Assembly (NCBI GenBank): GCA_965178125.1 | Contig: OZ237762.1 | Location: 372,001-436,000 of the forward strand | Reading direction: 5' to 3' | Length of the DNA stretch: 64,000 nucleotides | From: Bilabrum cf. latius | Lineage: Eukaryota | Part shown: one piece after another, positions 47,409-59,400 of the stretch | Layout of the letters: the number at the start of each line of letters is the position of its first letter | Position numbering within the stretch: position 1 is the first letter of the stretch | Made by a program: the position numbers and the translations under genes | Notes under the pieces: generated by a model | The model's input: only the letters and a program-made list of their open reading frames with translations | Databases searched by the model: none | What the model was told of the DNA's origin: nothing

Positions 47409-50400
47409 TTACTTCCCGTCCTCAGCCTCATCATCGACTTTCTTCAGCTTCTCGAGCCATGACTCGAGCGCCCGCATGTCTGCGCTAAGCATGGGCTCGC
47501 CGGCGTCCTCCACGCCTGCTTGGGATGCGCGCCTTCGCTCCCGCTTCAAATGCTTCTCTGCGATGACTCTAACTCGCTTCCTCAGTGTGGGGTTTATCTT
47601 CTCAGGATCCATCTTCCTGACCTTGTTCAGCAGCGTGATGACCGACTGCAAGTCGCTGCCGCTCGCAGAGTGACGCATTGACCGCTTCTTCGGCCCTGCA
47701 ACGCGTCCGCTTGCCGCTGCGGCGGATGCGCCGTCATCTGCCGAAGCCCGCCTGGAGCCCTTCTTCTTGCCGCGCTCCTTGAGCCATCTGAGGGCCTCTG
47801 CTGACGACTGCGACGAGGAGTGCCCCATGCCACGAGAGGGCGGGTCACTTGCCCGTGCCCGATCGCCATCCCGGCCACTGGGCGACGAACCAGAGCCAGA
47901 TGCAGCAGGCTATGTTGAAGCGGTGACAGCAGCACCGGCAGACTCACCAGGCTTGCTTCCGCTCGTCGGATCCTTGCCCTGGTCGTAAATTCCGAATTTA
48001 GCGAGCGCCGAGATGTCCACAAGAGGAGCATTGCTGTCCCTGCGCTTGTTTCCAGCACCCTCATCGCCTGCCTTTCCAGCATCGGGCTGGTGCTTGCTAG
48101 CAGGGCCGACACCAGCTCGCGTCTCGTCTATCCCATCCGCTGCTGGTACTCCTACAGCAGGTGCGACAGATCGCTCTTCTGAGGGGCCTCGTTCGGGGGC
48201 TTCTTCAGCCGCCGCTGCAGCCTCCTCGTCTTGCTTCGCCTTGGCCTTCGCTGCCTCCGCACGAGCTGCCCTGCCGCGAGCCACGGCCTGGATGCGAGCC
48301 GCAGCAGCTGCCTGCTCCGCCTCCTGCGCCTTGGCCTCTGCAGCCGCTGCAGTCTCGGCATCCCGCTTCGCCTGCGCTTCAGCCGCCGCTGCAGCCTCCT
48401 CGTCATGCTTCGCCTTGGCCTTCGCTGCCTCCGCACGAGCTGCCCTGCCGCGAGCCACGGCCTGGATGCGAGCCGCGGCAGCAGCCTGCTCCGCCTCCTG
48501 CGCCTTGGCCTCTGCAGCCGCTGCAGTCTCGGCATCCCGCTTCGCCTGCGCTTCAGCCGCCGCTGCAGCCTCCTCGTCTTGCTTCGCCTTGGCCTTCGCT
48601 GCCTCCGCACGAGCTGCCCTGCCACGAGCCACGGCCTGGATGCGAGCCGCAGCAGCAGCCTGCTCCGCCTCCTGCGCCTTGGCCTCTGCAGCCGCTGCAG
48701 TCTCGGCATCCCGCTTCGCCTGCGCTTCAGCCGCCGCTGCAGCCTCCTCGTCTTGCTTCGCCTTGGCCTTCGCTGCCTCCGCACGAGCTGCCCTGCCACG
48801 AGCCACGGCCTGGATGCGAGCCGCGGCAGCAGCCTGCTCCGCCTCCTGCACCTTCGCCTCTGCAGCCGCTGCAGTCTCGGCATCCCGCTTCGCCTGCGCT
48901 TCAGCCGCCGCTGCAGCCTCCTCGTCATGCTTCGCCTTGGCCTTCGCTGCCTCCGCACGAGCTGCCCTGCCGCGAGCCACGGCCTGGATGCGAGCTGCAG
49001 CAGCTGCCTGCTCCGCCTCCTGCGCCTTGGCCTCTGCAGCCGCTGCAGTCTCGGCATCCCGCTTCGCCTGCGCTTCAGCCGCCGCTGCAGCCTCCTCGTC
49101 ATGCTTCGCCTTGGCCTTCGCTGCTTCCGCACGAGCTGCCCTGCCACGAGCCACGGCCTGGATGCGAGCCGCGGCCTAATCTGCCTTAGCTTGTGCATCA
49201 TCGTCCAGCCCTGCATCATTCCGACCATGGCTCCTTTCAAACTGGCCTGCACCATTCCGCTCTTTCACCTTGCCCCCCTGCACCATTCCTTCCAGCGTGC
49301 GAAGCGCCGTGGAATCATCTTCCCCTACCATGGGCCGAGGTCCATCCGTGCCTGCAGACGCACTCTCGCGAGAGCGCTGGCTGCTGCGCCGAATTGCGGC
49401 AGCTGGCACTACCCAGCCCACATTAGGGACAAAGACGGACCCAGCAGGCATACCTGCAGGGGGTAGCGGTCCACTCGAAGAAGCAACACTGCTTACTGGC
49501 ATGCCGCCAGAACGAGCAGGGTCGTGAGTCCTCATTGGCGATTGCGGAATACCACCGTCTATTGGCGGATCCACGGCCTCGGTAGGGTGGCCATGGCTTG
49601 CAGCCTGCATTGCCTTGCGGTGCGCGATAGCAGCGATCGTGTGCTCCACCCTGGCCCTCTGCCTCCTGCCCAGCTGCTCTGACTGGCTGCCACTCGTCCC
49701 ACCGGCGCTCATAAACGTGTCTCTTCCCATCTTCTCTATCCTCTTATTGCGACGAATGGCCGCGGACTGCTTCTTGCGGCGACGGGGTGGTGGTTTGATG
49801 GCGCTGTGCATAGGCTGATACTCGCCGCCTTGCGACACTATTACCACGGCCCCGTCAGCGCCTGCCATGGGTGGTGCTCGCGGCGATGGGGCCCGAGCTT
49901 GCGCAGACTCCCGATTGCCACGTGCCTTGCCCGACGCTCGCAACTTGCGGCCTGGCGTCCCGGTCGGTCGCTTCCCAGCAGGCATGCGCGGAGAGGCAGC
50001 GGGCACAGCGATCATCCTGGAGGGTGCTAGCCGAGAGGGGCCCAGGCGAGCTGCCCTGATCTGGGCACGTCGGCCTCTGGGCGGGCCGGACGGAATGACG
50101 GTGGCAGGTGGACGGGCGGGAGGCTAGGGCTCGATGACCCTGGCACTCTGAGGCCCGTAGGCGGCAGCCACCTAAATCTTCTTCGATCGGCTACTAAATG
50201 GTCCGCGAGAGAGCGCAGTAGAGGCAGCGGGGCCCCCGCGTCGCAGGTCCAGCACGGGGACGGCCGGAGAATGGCCGTACTAAAGTTGCTGCTACTGGGG
50301 CTGCTGTTTGCGCCCTTCAGCTTGTCCGCCGCCGATCACCATGCCCTCGCCCACGGAACCGCTAGATAGCGACTGCGCCACCGCCCCTGGGTGCACCCCC

Positions 50401-53400
50401 TGATGAGCCCCAGTGGCGCTGTGCTGCTCCCCAGTGCCTCGCTCGTCCACCGACAGGGGTACCAGATCGCCATCATCCGCTCGAGCCGCCTCCATTCCCG
50501 CTTCGATCTCGTCTTGCCTCGGGGTTGCGCTGCCACCAGCCGGCCTGCCAAACGGCACTCCCCGCCGAGCTGCCTCCATGCGCGCACCCTGGCCCTTCGA
50601 TGGACTAGACTGCCGGACTGGCTGCAGCAGCCGACTGCCTGCACCAGATGATGATGCAGTGCTGCTCTCCTGTCTGGACCCGCCCCTGCCTTGCCTCGGT
50701 GCACGTGATCGGCCATGCGACGTGACCGATCGGCCCGAAGAGCCAGCTGCAGCGTGCTGCTGACCATCACTCCCGCCGGCAGTGCGGGCCCTGCGGCCGC
50801 TCCTACCGGCCTCCACGGCAGCCTCGATTTGTTCTCTGGTGGGAGGCCTCCCCTTGGGTGAACGGCGACCAGTGCTGCTGGCTACAGGATCAAACCGCAG
50901 GCTTCGGGAAACGTAGGGCAGGCTACTCTGATCGATTGAGGGGTATCCACGCGGGTTCTTGTTGTCTATGGGGGGATGCGGTGCCTCGTAGTGGTCGCCC
51001 GTGACGATAACGGCAGTGGTGCCATCCATTCCAGCGGTAGTCTCACGAGCCTGCCTCCGCACATGCGATGCCATCCCACCGTGCATCGCAGCCGCATCAT
51101 CCCTGCCTGCGTTCGACCCCTGCTTACCCCTCTTCCTGGCTTCCGCCATGAGGAAGCTTCTCGGTTCGTCCGAAGCACGAGGCGATACCTTGCTTCGTGT
51201 CCTGCCTGACATGGAGGCAGGGTGTCTGCCGGAAGCTCGCTGCGTGCCACTGCCATCTTCCTTGCTGTTTCCATCGGCAAGACTATCAATCGTCGACTTC
51301 GATTCCACAAGCCCGCGGATCCCGCCCCCAACGTTACCTCCCATCGTCTGCACCAAATGCTGTGACTTCGCCTCGGCATACCCTGCGTCTCCAGGGAACA
51401 AGCGCCGAAGCGACCCATCCGCGCCAACAACAACCACTCCCCTGTGTACGCCGGACTTCGCCCGTACCTCCTCCAGCTCCTTCTCACGCGCCTCTCGAGC
51501 CATGCGCCGAGCAGAGGAAATCCCCATCCGCTGCTGGCGAGCAGCTGCTGCAGCCCTCTCACCCTTCGCTCGCCGCGCTGCGGCAGCCCCCTCATTCGAA
51601 GTTGAGTACGGCGGCGGCCGCCTGGTGGCACGGATAGGACTCTCTGGGATGTACGCAGTGCCGCCCCACCCCCCGTCCATGCTGCGGTCGCTGGATGGAC
51701 TGCCTGCCTTGCTTTCGATGTGTCCCGTACCGCGGTACTGGGGAGTCTGTTGTCTCGTTGGGATGGCCTCCAGATCCATGCCATGGAGCTCTGCAAGCGC
51801 ACCATCGATGATCCTGGGCGAGCCCGCGCGGTACTGTGGCGGATGCTGCTGCTGCTGCTGCTGCTGATGCTGGAGGACAGCGTCCGGAGTGGTTGGGAGA
51901 GCGTTGCGCTCGGCACCTTCAGCGCTCCGATTCTCTTCCGCGTCCTCACCGTCCTCCTTGCCCTCTCCTTGCCCTGCGCTGCGGCTGTCTGAACCGCCAC
52001 GGAATGGCGTCACCGTGATGGTCGGGCGATCAGTGTCATCACCTCCTTTGCCACTGTTGTCCGAGCCGGCATCCGAGCTATCCGACTGGTTGCCAAAGAA
52101 TCCTTTCTCGTCTTGCTCCCCATCCTCCGATCCAACAGATGGTGATCGCGCAAGCACTACTTCGTGGATGCTGGCCCGGAGCCCGCGTCGCCTTGACACG
52201 TTGTCGCGCGTGCGAGAGATGCACCATCGCACAGCCTGCTACGCACCCCAGTCCATGCCATCGCCCACTGCTAGCGGCGAAATCAGCTCTGTTGCCTCAA
52301 ACATGACCGTTCCGCGGCCGATTGAGCCTCGGCGCGCGAACGGTGCCGGTGCAAGAGGGCGAGGCCTGGGTGCCACCGCACCAGTTCCGATCGCCGCTGG
52401 AGGTGGACTACTGTGTTTCTTGCCCTTTGGGTCCATGCCAGTCTTTGCATTGTACAGAGCAATGGTGGAACTGGCGGCAGAGGCCCGCCTGCCGTCCGCA
52501 GCAGAAGCTCTTGCTCCCTCTTTCCCTTCACCCTGCCCCAGGCCAGCCGCCTGCTGATTTTTGCCCGCGCCTTCCGGCTGCTGCTTGCCTACCACTGTGC
52601 CTTTCGTAAGGGCGACGAGGTCGAACGGACCGCGCGACACGGTTCTCCACAAGTTGCTGTCGAGTACAAAAGGAAATGCAGAGCACTCGCCCTGCTCCTC
52701 GTCGGTGACAGCCCTACCCCCACCGCTGGATGCATCCGCGAAAGACAGATCCTCATCATCTAGAGCGGTACCTGACTGCTCGGCTTTGGCGCGCGCGACC
52801 CTGGCCCTCTCTTCTGCCAGGCCCTTGCCGCTGAGATAGTACGTGTCAGCGCCCTGGGTCTCTTCGTCAGAATCAGTGAGCGCGGCCTCATCCGCATCGG
52901 CTTCACGGCGGATCTCATCTGTGGTTTTGCGGCGCCTCGTCTTGCTTGCCAGAAGACCTCTCCTCTTTGGCGGAACGTTACGACTAGTGGCGGCAGCTCC
53001 GTGGCTGGACGCTCGAGCGAAGAAAGCCGGCGGTAGCCCGCCGTTCTCCGCGAGTGCCCTCCGAGCTGCCGCTGCCGAGGCTGTAGGGGGCAGCGTCTGT
53101 GCAGCTGCTATCGCAGCGGGACTCTATGCCCGAGCCACGCCTTCGTCAAGCGAAGCATCTCGAAGGTGCATCTGCATCAATGAAGAAGGCACTCGGCCCA
53201 ATCGCCGTGCACTCACGTAGAACGACACGGACGCGCGATACAGTGGCTTGCCCGACGCGCGCTCCTCCGGTGAAGAAAGGACTGGAGTTGCAAGAGCAGC
53301 AGATGCTACGTTAAGCGCGCTAGTCTTCACGTTGAGGCTGCTCGACGCTGCTCTTGTAGATGCGTTAGGCATCTCTGAGCTATCAGTAGCGGCTGAAAGC

Positions 53401-56400
53401 GGGTCTCCTTCTTCACCGACGGCATGCGCTACAACAAAAGAGCCTAGTCGATCGCCCAGGGCCAGCTCATACACGGACTTCTTTCGTTTGGAGCCGGCGC
53501 TTGCCTTGCCGCTTGAGGCAGCTTGCTTCCGAGCTGCTTTGTCCTCCTCTGCCTTCCGTTCGCTTGGCAGCTTGAGCTCGTCGGCAGCTCGCTCCTGGGC
53601 CCTTGTTGCCATTGCAATGAATTCGGCGGCCACAGAGGCATCCACCAGCCGGATACCGAACCTCCTGCGGCTCTCCGGCCTCGCAGGGAGCATCGGTGCC
53701 GCGTGTCTCTGCTCCCTCAATATCTCATCCCCGCTCAATCCCCCGAAAAGTACCGCGTCAGAGCCCCCGCCGCCGTCCCCATCGTCGGCCAGGACAGCCC
53801 AGCTGGACCCGGAGCCGATGGCACCGCCCTCACGCACGATCTTCTTCCATGCCCTGCCTTGTGGTGGTGAGCCTGCGCCAGTTGAGGACGCGCCCAAATC
53901 ACCGTGTCTGCTTGTTTGCAGCTCAGTCAGGTCTACCACACGAGCTTCCTCAGTAACATTTGACTCTGGTCGAGGAGTCTCTAGATCTAGGTCTGCCTGC
54001 TGCGAGCCTGCTGCAAGGAACGTCTGCAGAGAATCGACACCTAGAGCAATGCCCAGGTGCGCGGGTGGTTTCCCTGGTGTCTTGTATAGCTCCAAGTCGA
54101 GCCCGGCAGGATACTGCATGGACTGCTGTCGATCTGCAGTCCTGGCTCGCAAACGCCTGCTTGCAGAGGAGTAGTCTGCCCCGCCAGGCGACATAATGGC
54201 GTGGCTGGGTGCGTACACCGGGCCGTTGTCTGTGTGCTCTGAACCAGCATCATCGCTGTTGTCCCCAACAACTGCTGATGCGCCAGTTGCAATCACTCCA
54301 TCCGTGCCAGCACCTGCGGCTTTGCCAGTGTCCTCCGCGTTGCTCTGATGTGTCTCTTCGGATGGGAGCAGCCCAGGCGCAAACAACATGCTGGCGTGCT
54401 CGTAGCCGAGGCGCAGTGGCCTGGAAGTCAGCCTGGTGGAGGGGTGCCACAGCGCCTCGTCGGTATCCAACGGCCCAAACACTGGAACTGCATTGTCTGC
54501 TGCCGCAATCTCGTTGGCAGTTTCTCCCCTGTTCTTCATGATGGCGATGAGCGCAGTCACGGCCCCGTCGGACACGACCTTGGATCCACCCTCTCGGCCC
54601 GCAGCTGGCAGCTGAGCGGCAGAAGCTGATGCGCCTCCACCAGCACTGCCGGCTAAAGCTTTGGCGTCCGCAGTCGCCGTATCTGTGAAACCGTCGATCC
54701 CCAGATCCTTGGCCAGCTGCAGCCTCGCTGCTTGAGCTGCGGCCAATGCCTCTTTATCCATCGCCCCGCTGTCTTCTTCGTCGCTGTCGCTCTGAGCAGT
54801 CGCCTGGTCCTGGTCGATTGCCAGCTCACATAGAGAGCGCAGGCAGGCGTTCCTGAGCTGCTCACTGCACCTGGGAGAATCGCTCACTGTGATAAGGGCA
54901 GTGGCCACTCCCAGGCTAACCAGGAGGGAGCGGCTTGAGGACTCTTGCGAGAGATTGCAGAGCACTTTCGCGGCGTCTGATCTGGACGTGAACTCAAGCT
55001 GCTCTGCAGACACGCGCGCATCCTCCAGCCCGTGAATGGTTCTCAGCAAATCGTCCACGGGAGACTCGAGTGTCGCCTTGTTCTCTTCAGCAGTGGACGC
55101 ACTGGGCTTTGAAGGCTAGCCGCCCGCGTGCTGGTGGTCTTCGACCGCGGCCGGCATGACATCTCGCAGCTCAAGCAAGAACCCGGTGGCCAAACTGCCA
55201 TGAAATGCGGCACGCAGGCAAGGTAACAGCTCGGGCCGGTTGTCGACCCCCTCTGTGGCAAGCCGACCGGCCGCCTCGAGGGCGATCTGGGAGCTATTCG
55301 GCCTCCTGCTGCGGTTGCTATCGCCCCGCCCATCGCCCTAGGCTGCGCCTTGCACGTTGCTTGCAGGCTCGTCCAAGCGGTTGTCGAGGGCGAGCGCCAT
55401 TGGTACTTTAAACACCGCCAAACGTTCAGCCAGGTATGGTGCCAGGCTCGGCGGGGGCGGAGATCTGCGCATCTGCATTCCTTGCCCGCTGACCGCGCTG
55501 ATGTGGTCAGCTATGCCGCCTCCGGAAGCGCCTGCCGACTTCACATCACTGCGAGAACCATGCCCAGAAGAGAGCCCATCTGCCCGGGAGGAGTTGTGGC
55601 TGCCGAGAGCTGCAACCGGAGGTCTATCGTGCTCTCCTTCCAATCCAACGTCGTCGGTCTGGTCTGCTTCGTTGCGAGCACTATCCGAGCCCTCGTCCAT
55701 GGTCTACTAATCCTCGCTGTCGGGCTGCCCATCAGAGGCGCTACCGTCTTCTACAATAGAGCGGTGTGCAAGGTCAACGGCCGAGCTAATTTCACTGCCT
55801 CTGCCGTCAGACTGTTGCGCATCAGCACCGCCCGATGCCTGCTTCACGATGGCATCCAGAAGGGGGGCGGCCTTCTTCGTACCCAGCTCGAACCGCACCG
55901 CAGGAGACGCACTGAGAGCTCGAAGGGCGGCAGACGCGCGCATCGCGGTACGGGGCTGGAGGTGCTCAGAGGAACCAAGGACGGCTCCAAGTGCGCCCAG
56001 CACTCCTCCCCTGATCAAGTACTTGACGAGGCCCTTGTGCAGAGCAAGGGATGTTGACAGCGAGGCGGCATCGTCAGCGAGTGCTTGAAGAACGTCGGTC
56101 AGCTTGCCTGTCGCAGCCGTAGACAGGACCCCGGCATTTTGACTGGATAGAAGCGCCCTCACCGCGGCACAGCCGGTCACACAAGCTCTAGCCGCCGTGG
56201 CAAATGGCGTGAACGAGTCCTTGGGAAGCAGAGGCAAGGGCTTGCCCCGCTTGCGACGCTGCATTTTCTTGGGGAGTGCCGCGGGCAGCAACTCGAAAGA
56301 CCAGTGCCTCTTTGTGGAGCTAGCCACCTCGGCATCAATGCTGCCACCTTCGACTACTCGCGCATGCGCCGCGCCATCCTCGCCCATGGAGCCGCCTTCG

Positions 56401-59400
56401 GCGGTCTATGCGCCCGATTCGCCAGACTCGGTGCCCCCCGATGCAGCCTTGGCCGCGATGTACATATCCTTCACGGCCTCGTCGTCGTTATCAAGGGCTT
56501 TCAGGAGGTACTGCTTGCCCCTGCGGCTCGCGGCGATGTTCGTCATTGCCGCCATGGCCAGCATGGCTGCGTCACTGTCGCGCTGCAAAGCCAGCACCGC
56601 CTCCGCCTCGGGGCTATGCCTCGAGTCTTCCCCCGTGCTCCCAGAGGCAACGTGCCCCACGTCCGGCACTGTTGTGTCCACGGGATGGCGCCGGGCCAGT
56701 GCCGCCCCTGTCCGCGCAAACCGAGCCAGGATACTCGCCATGGCAGCCACTCCTCCGTCCCGCAGCAGAGGTGTTATGTCACCTTTGAAGCAGCTGGCGA
56801 AGTGCAAGGCTGTCGCTGCTGCAAGCCTGTCCTCGGGCGACGGCCTGTTGGCAGCCATTCCAAAGACTCTGACTGCACCCGCGCCCAGAATGTCCTTCCG
56901 TTGCTGCCGATCTGCTGCCCAAAGCAGGTTGACGAGGCCGAGCAGACAGAGGCGGCGAGTGGCATCGGTCTCAATGTCCGAGCATCCAAGACGGACAAAC
57001 ACGTCCACGGCACCTTCTTCGGCGACCCTCTTCCGCACGGAAGATTTCGGCGAGCAGCTCAGATTATAGAGGCCCTGGGCGATGCTGGGCCTGAGCCTGG
57101 AGGCCACGCTGTCAATATCGCGCTCTGTTGGGTTGACGGATTCGATGGAGTTGAAACCGTGTACCATCTCCTCCTCGCCCTCGCTCGCTTTGTCGAGCGC
57201 ATCAACGTCGCCATCCGGGCGTGATTCGCTTGCAGGCTCGGGGCCGGCCTTGCTGGCGTCAGATGACTCTGCTTCCGTGGTCACGCCCAGCTTCGGAGGG
57301 ACTCGCTTCCTCCTGGATGGAGGAGGGGGGACAGCGACTAGCTGCCCCGTGATCTGGCTGACCCGCCTGCGCGTCGGCCGCATCGACCCCTTGCTGTCTT
57401 TGCTATCCTTCGACGATCGACTGCCGCCTGACTTAGTGGATGCGATGGACAGCTTGCTCCCGCTGGCAGGCCGCGATGACGTTGAGGCATGCCGGCCAGC
57501 TGGCGGTGGAGGCATCTTCTGAGCGAGGGCTACCCTGCTCTGCGACGGGTGTAGCGCACCAGATGCACTCGCCTGCCTTGAGGCGCGCCTCTCCTCTGCC
57601 ATGAGGCTCATATCACAGAGCATGACAAGGGCTTCTACCGCGCCCTCGTGCACCAGTACCTCTTCGTACCCGCGCTCCCTTGAAACAGCGGCCAGCACGC
57701 CGGCCAGCAGCGCGCTCACCGCACCGTCCACCTGCTTCGCCGGCTGAGTGGTGTGGAGCGCCTTGGGCGGTTGGATGGTGTCAGAAATCCCAACGACATT
57801 GCGACGAGGAGTCTGAGGCTCCCCTTGCTGCTGCCGGATCACGCTCCGAATGGCAGTGGTCGCGTCCACCTTGAGCTGGAGCTTGCCCACTTTCACGGGC
57901 TTGCTGGCATCAATGTCCCCGAGGTGCTTCATGCCCATCTCCACGAAGCTGTTCCTCCTCTGCGTCTCCCTCTTGGCTAATTTTGCGGAGTATGCCTGCT
58001 CCTTGGGACCCTGCGTGCGGTCGAGCTGCTCCATGATTCTCTCGCTGCGAATGTGCCTAAGCCTCTGCTTCGCCTGCAAGTTGCCGTAACCCTCTTGCGT
58101 CTCCGCCTGTGGGCTGCCGGCAGCCGAATTGTGCAACGCCGGAGCAGAGGCGAGGCGATACTCAGAGCTGACAGAGCCAAGCACGCTGCCGGTGTCCCTC
58201 TCGACGTCAATGCTGGTGTCGATGCCTTGTGATCCGCCTGCGACGCCGCTGGCCTCGTGCTACTGCCTCAATACCGTGATGACAGACCGAAGTGCCCCCT
58301 CGTTCACCAGGCGTGGCTACGCTTCCTTGTCCAAAGCAAGCTTGTGGAGCGTTTCTGCGCACGCCCTCTGCACCTTGGCGTATGGGGAGAGGCACAGCTT
58401 CTGCAGCAGAAACACGATACCGTGCTCTAGGCATTCCTGTCGGCTGACTGGATCTGCCATAATGTTCTGCAGCGCTTCGATTCCCATGGCCTATGAGTCC
58501 TCATCGTGAGTCCGTACGATCGCGACGGTTAGGAGAGCTTCCACTGCGCCAGCATCCACGAGCTGCCGCTCGCTTCCCTCGATGAGCGACAGGTTGAACA
58601 TGCTGGCGATTGCCTCCTGCCTGACCTGCTCCGTCATGCTCGAGCAAAACTGCACGAGGACGGGCACTGTGGCTTCTCGTAGCATCATCTGTGCCATCAC
58701 CGGAGCCCGTGACAGTTCTCGCAGCGCTACCGCGACCCTCAGCCTGACCGGATCGCGGTCAGACCCAAAGTTAGCGAGCGCCTTGAGAGCCCTGAGCACG
58801 CCCTACCTCTGGTTGGTAACTCCAGTACCCTTCGAAGCGGCACTAGGCTGGATGTCTCCCGCTGGATACGTATCACCCTGGAACGGCCTGCCGGTCTAGC
58901 TGGCCATCTCACCCAGGCCATCCGGGCCATCCGTGGCAGCAATGGCCCCTGCAGGGGTGTGACCAATCCTAACTGCCATCGCACCCTCCACCACGTCACC
59001 ACGCTCCGCAACCGCGCTCCTGGGCCTGTCAGCCTAGCTACTTGCCCCACCGTCAGGGCCAGCCGGGGTCCTTGCATCTGCAGAGGACAGCTGGTCAATG
59101 TCAAACGAGCGCTGCAGATCTGCAGCTAGGTAGCACAGCCCAAGGGCGCACTGCTGCCTTGCTCGCACAGCCAAATGCTCCAACCGGCCCTGTTCCTTGA
59201 GCAGCGCGGGGTCCACGTCGCCCTTGACACCTTTGAGACCCGTCTCGGGCTTGCTTGTCGTGACCCTGCCACCATCTATGCTCACGGGGCCGATCCTGGC
59301 TGGCGTTGCAGACCTTGATGCGACAGATGCGGCGCTGGAACGGCGACCGCTGTGTCCGGCAAGCGCCCCGCTAGCCGTGGATCCGCGCTCTGTCTCGGCT

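Noticed and set aside
48013-49466. Long alternative-frame and antisense ORFs over the 174-bp repeat, and similar shadows such as 27714-29180 and 32958-34136
   Set aside because: Shadow ORFs of GC-rich coding or repetitive sequence with no recognisable motifs.
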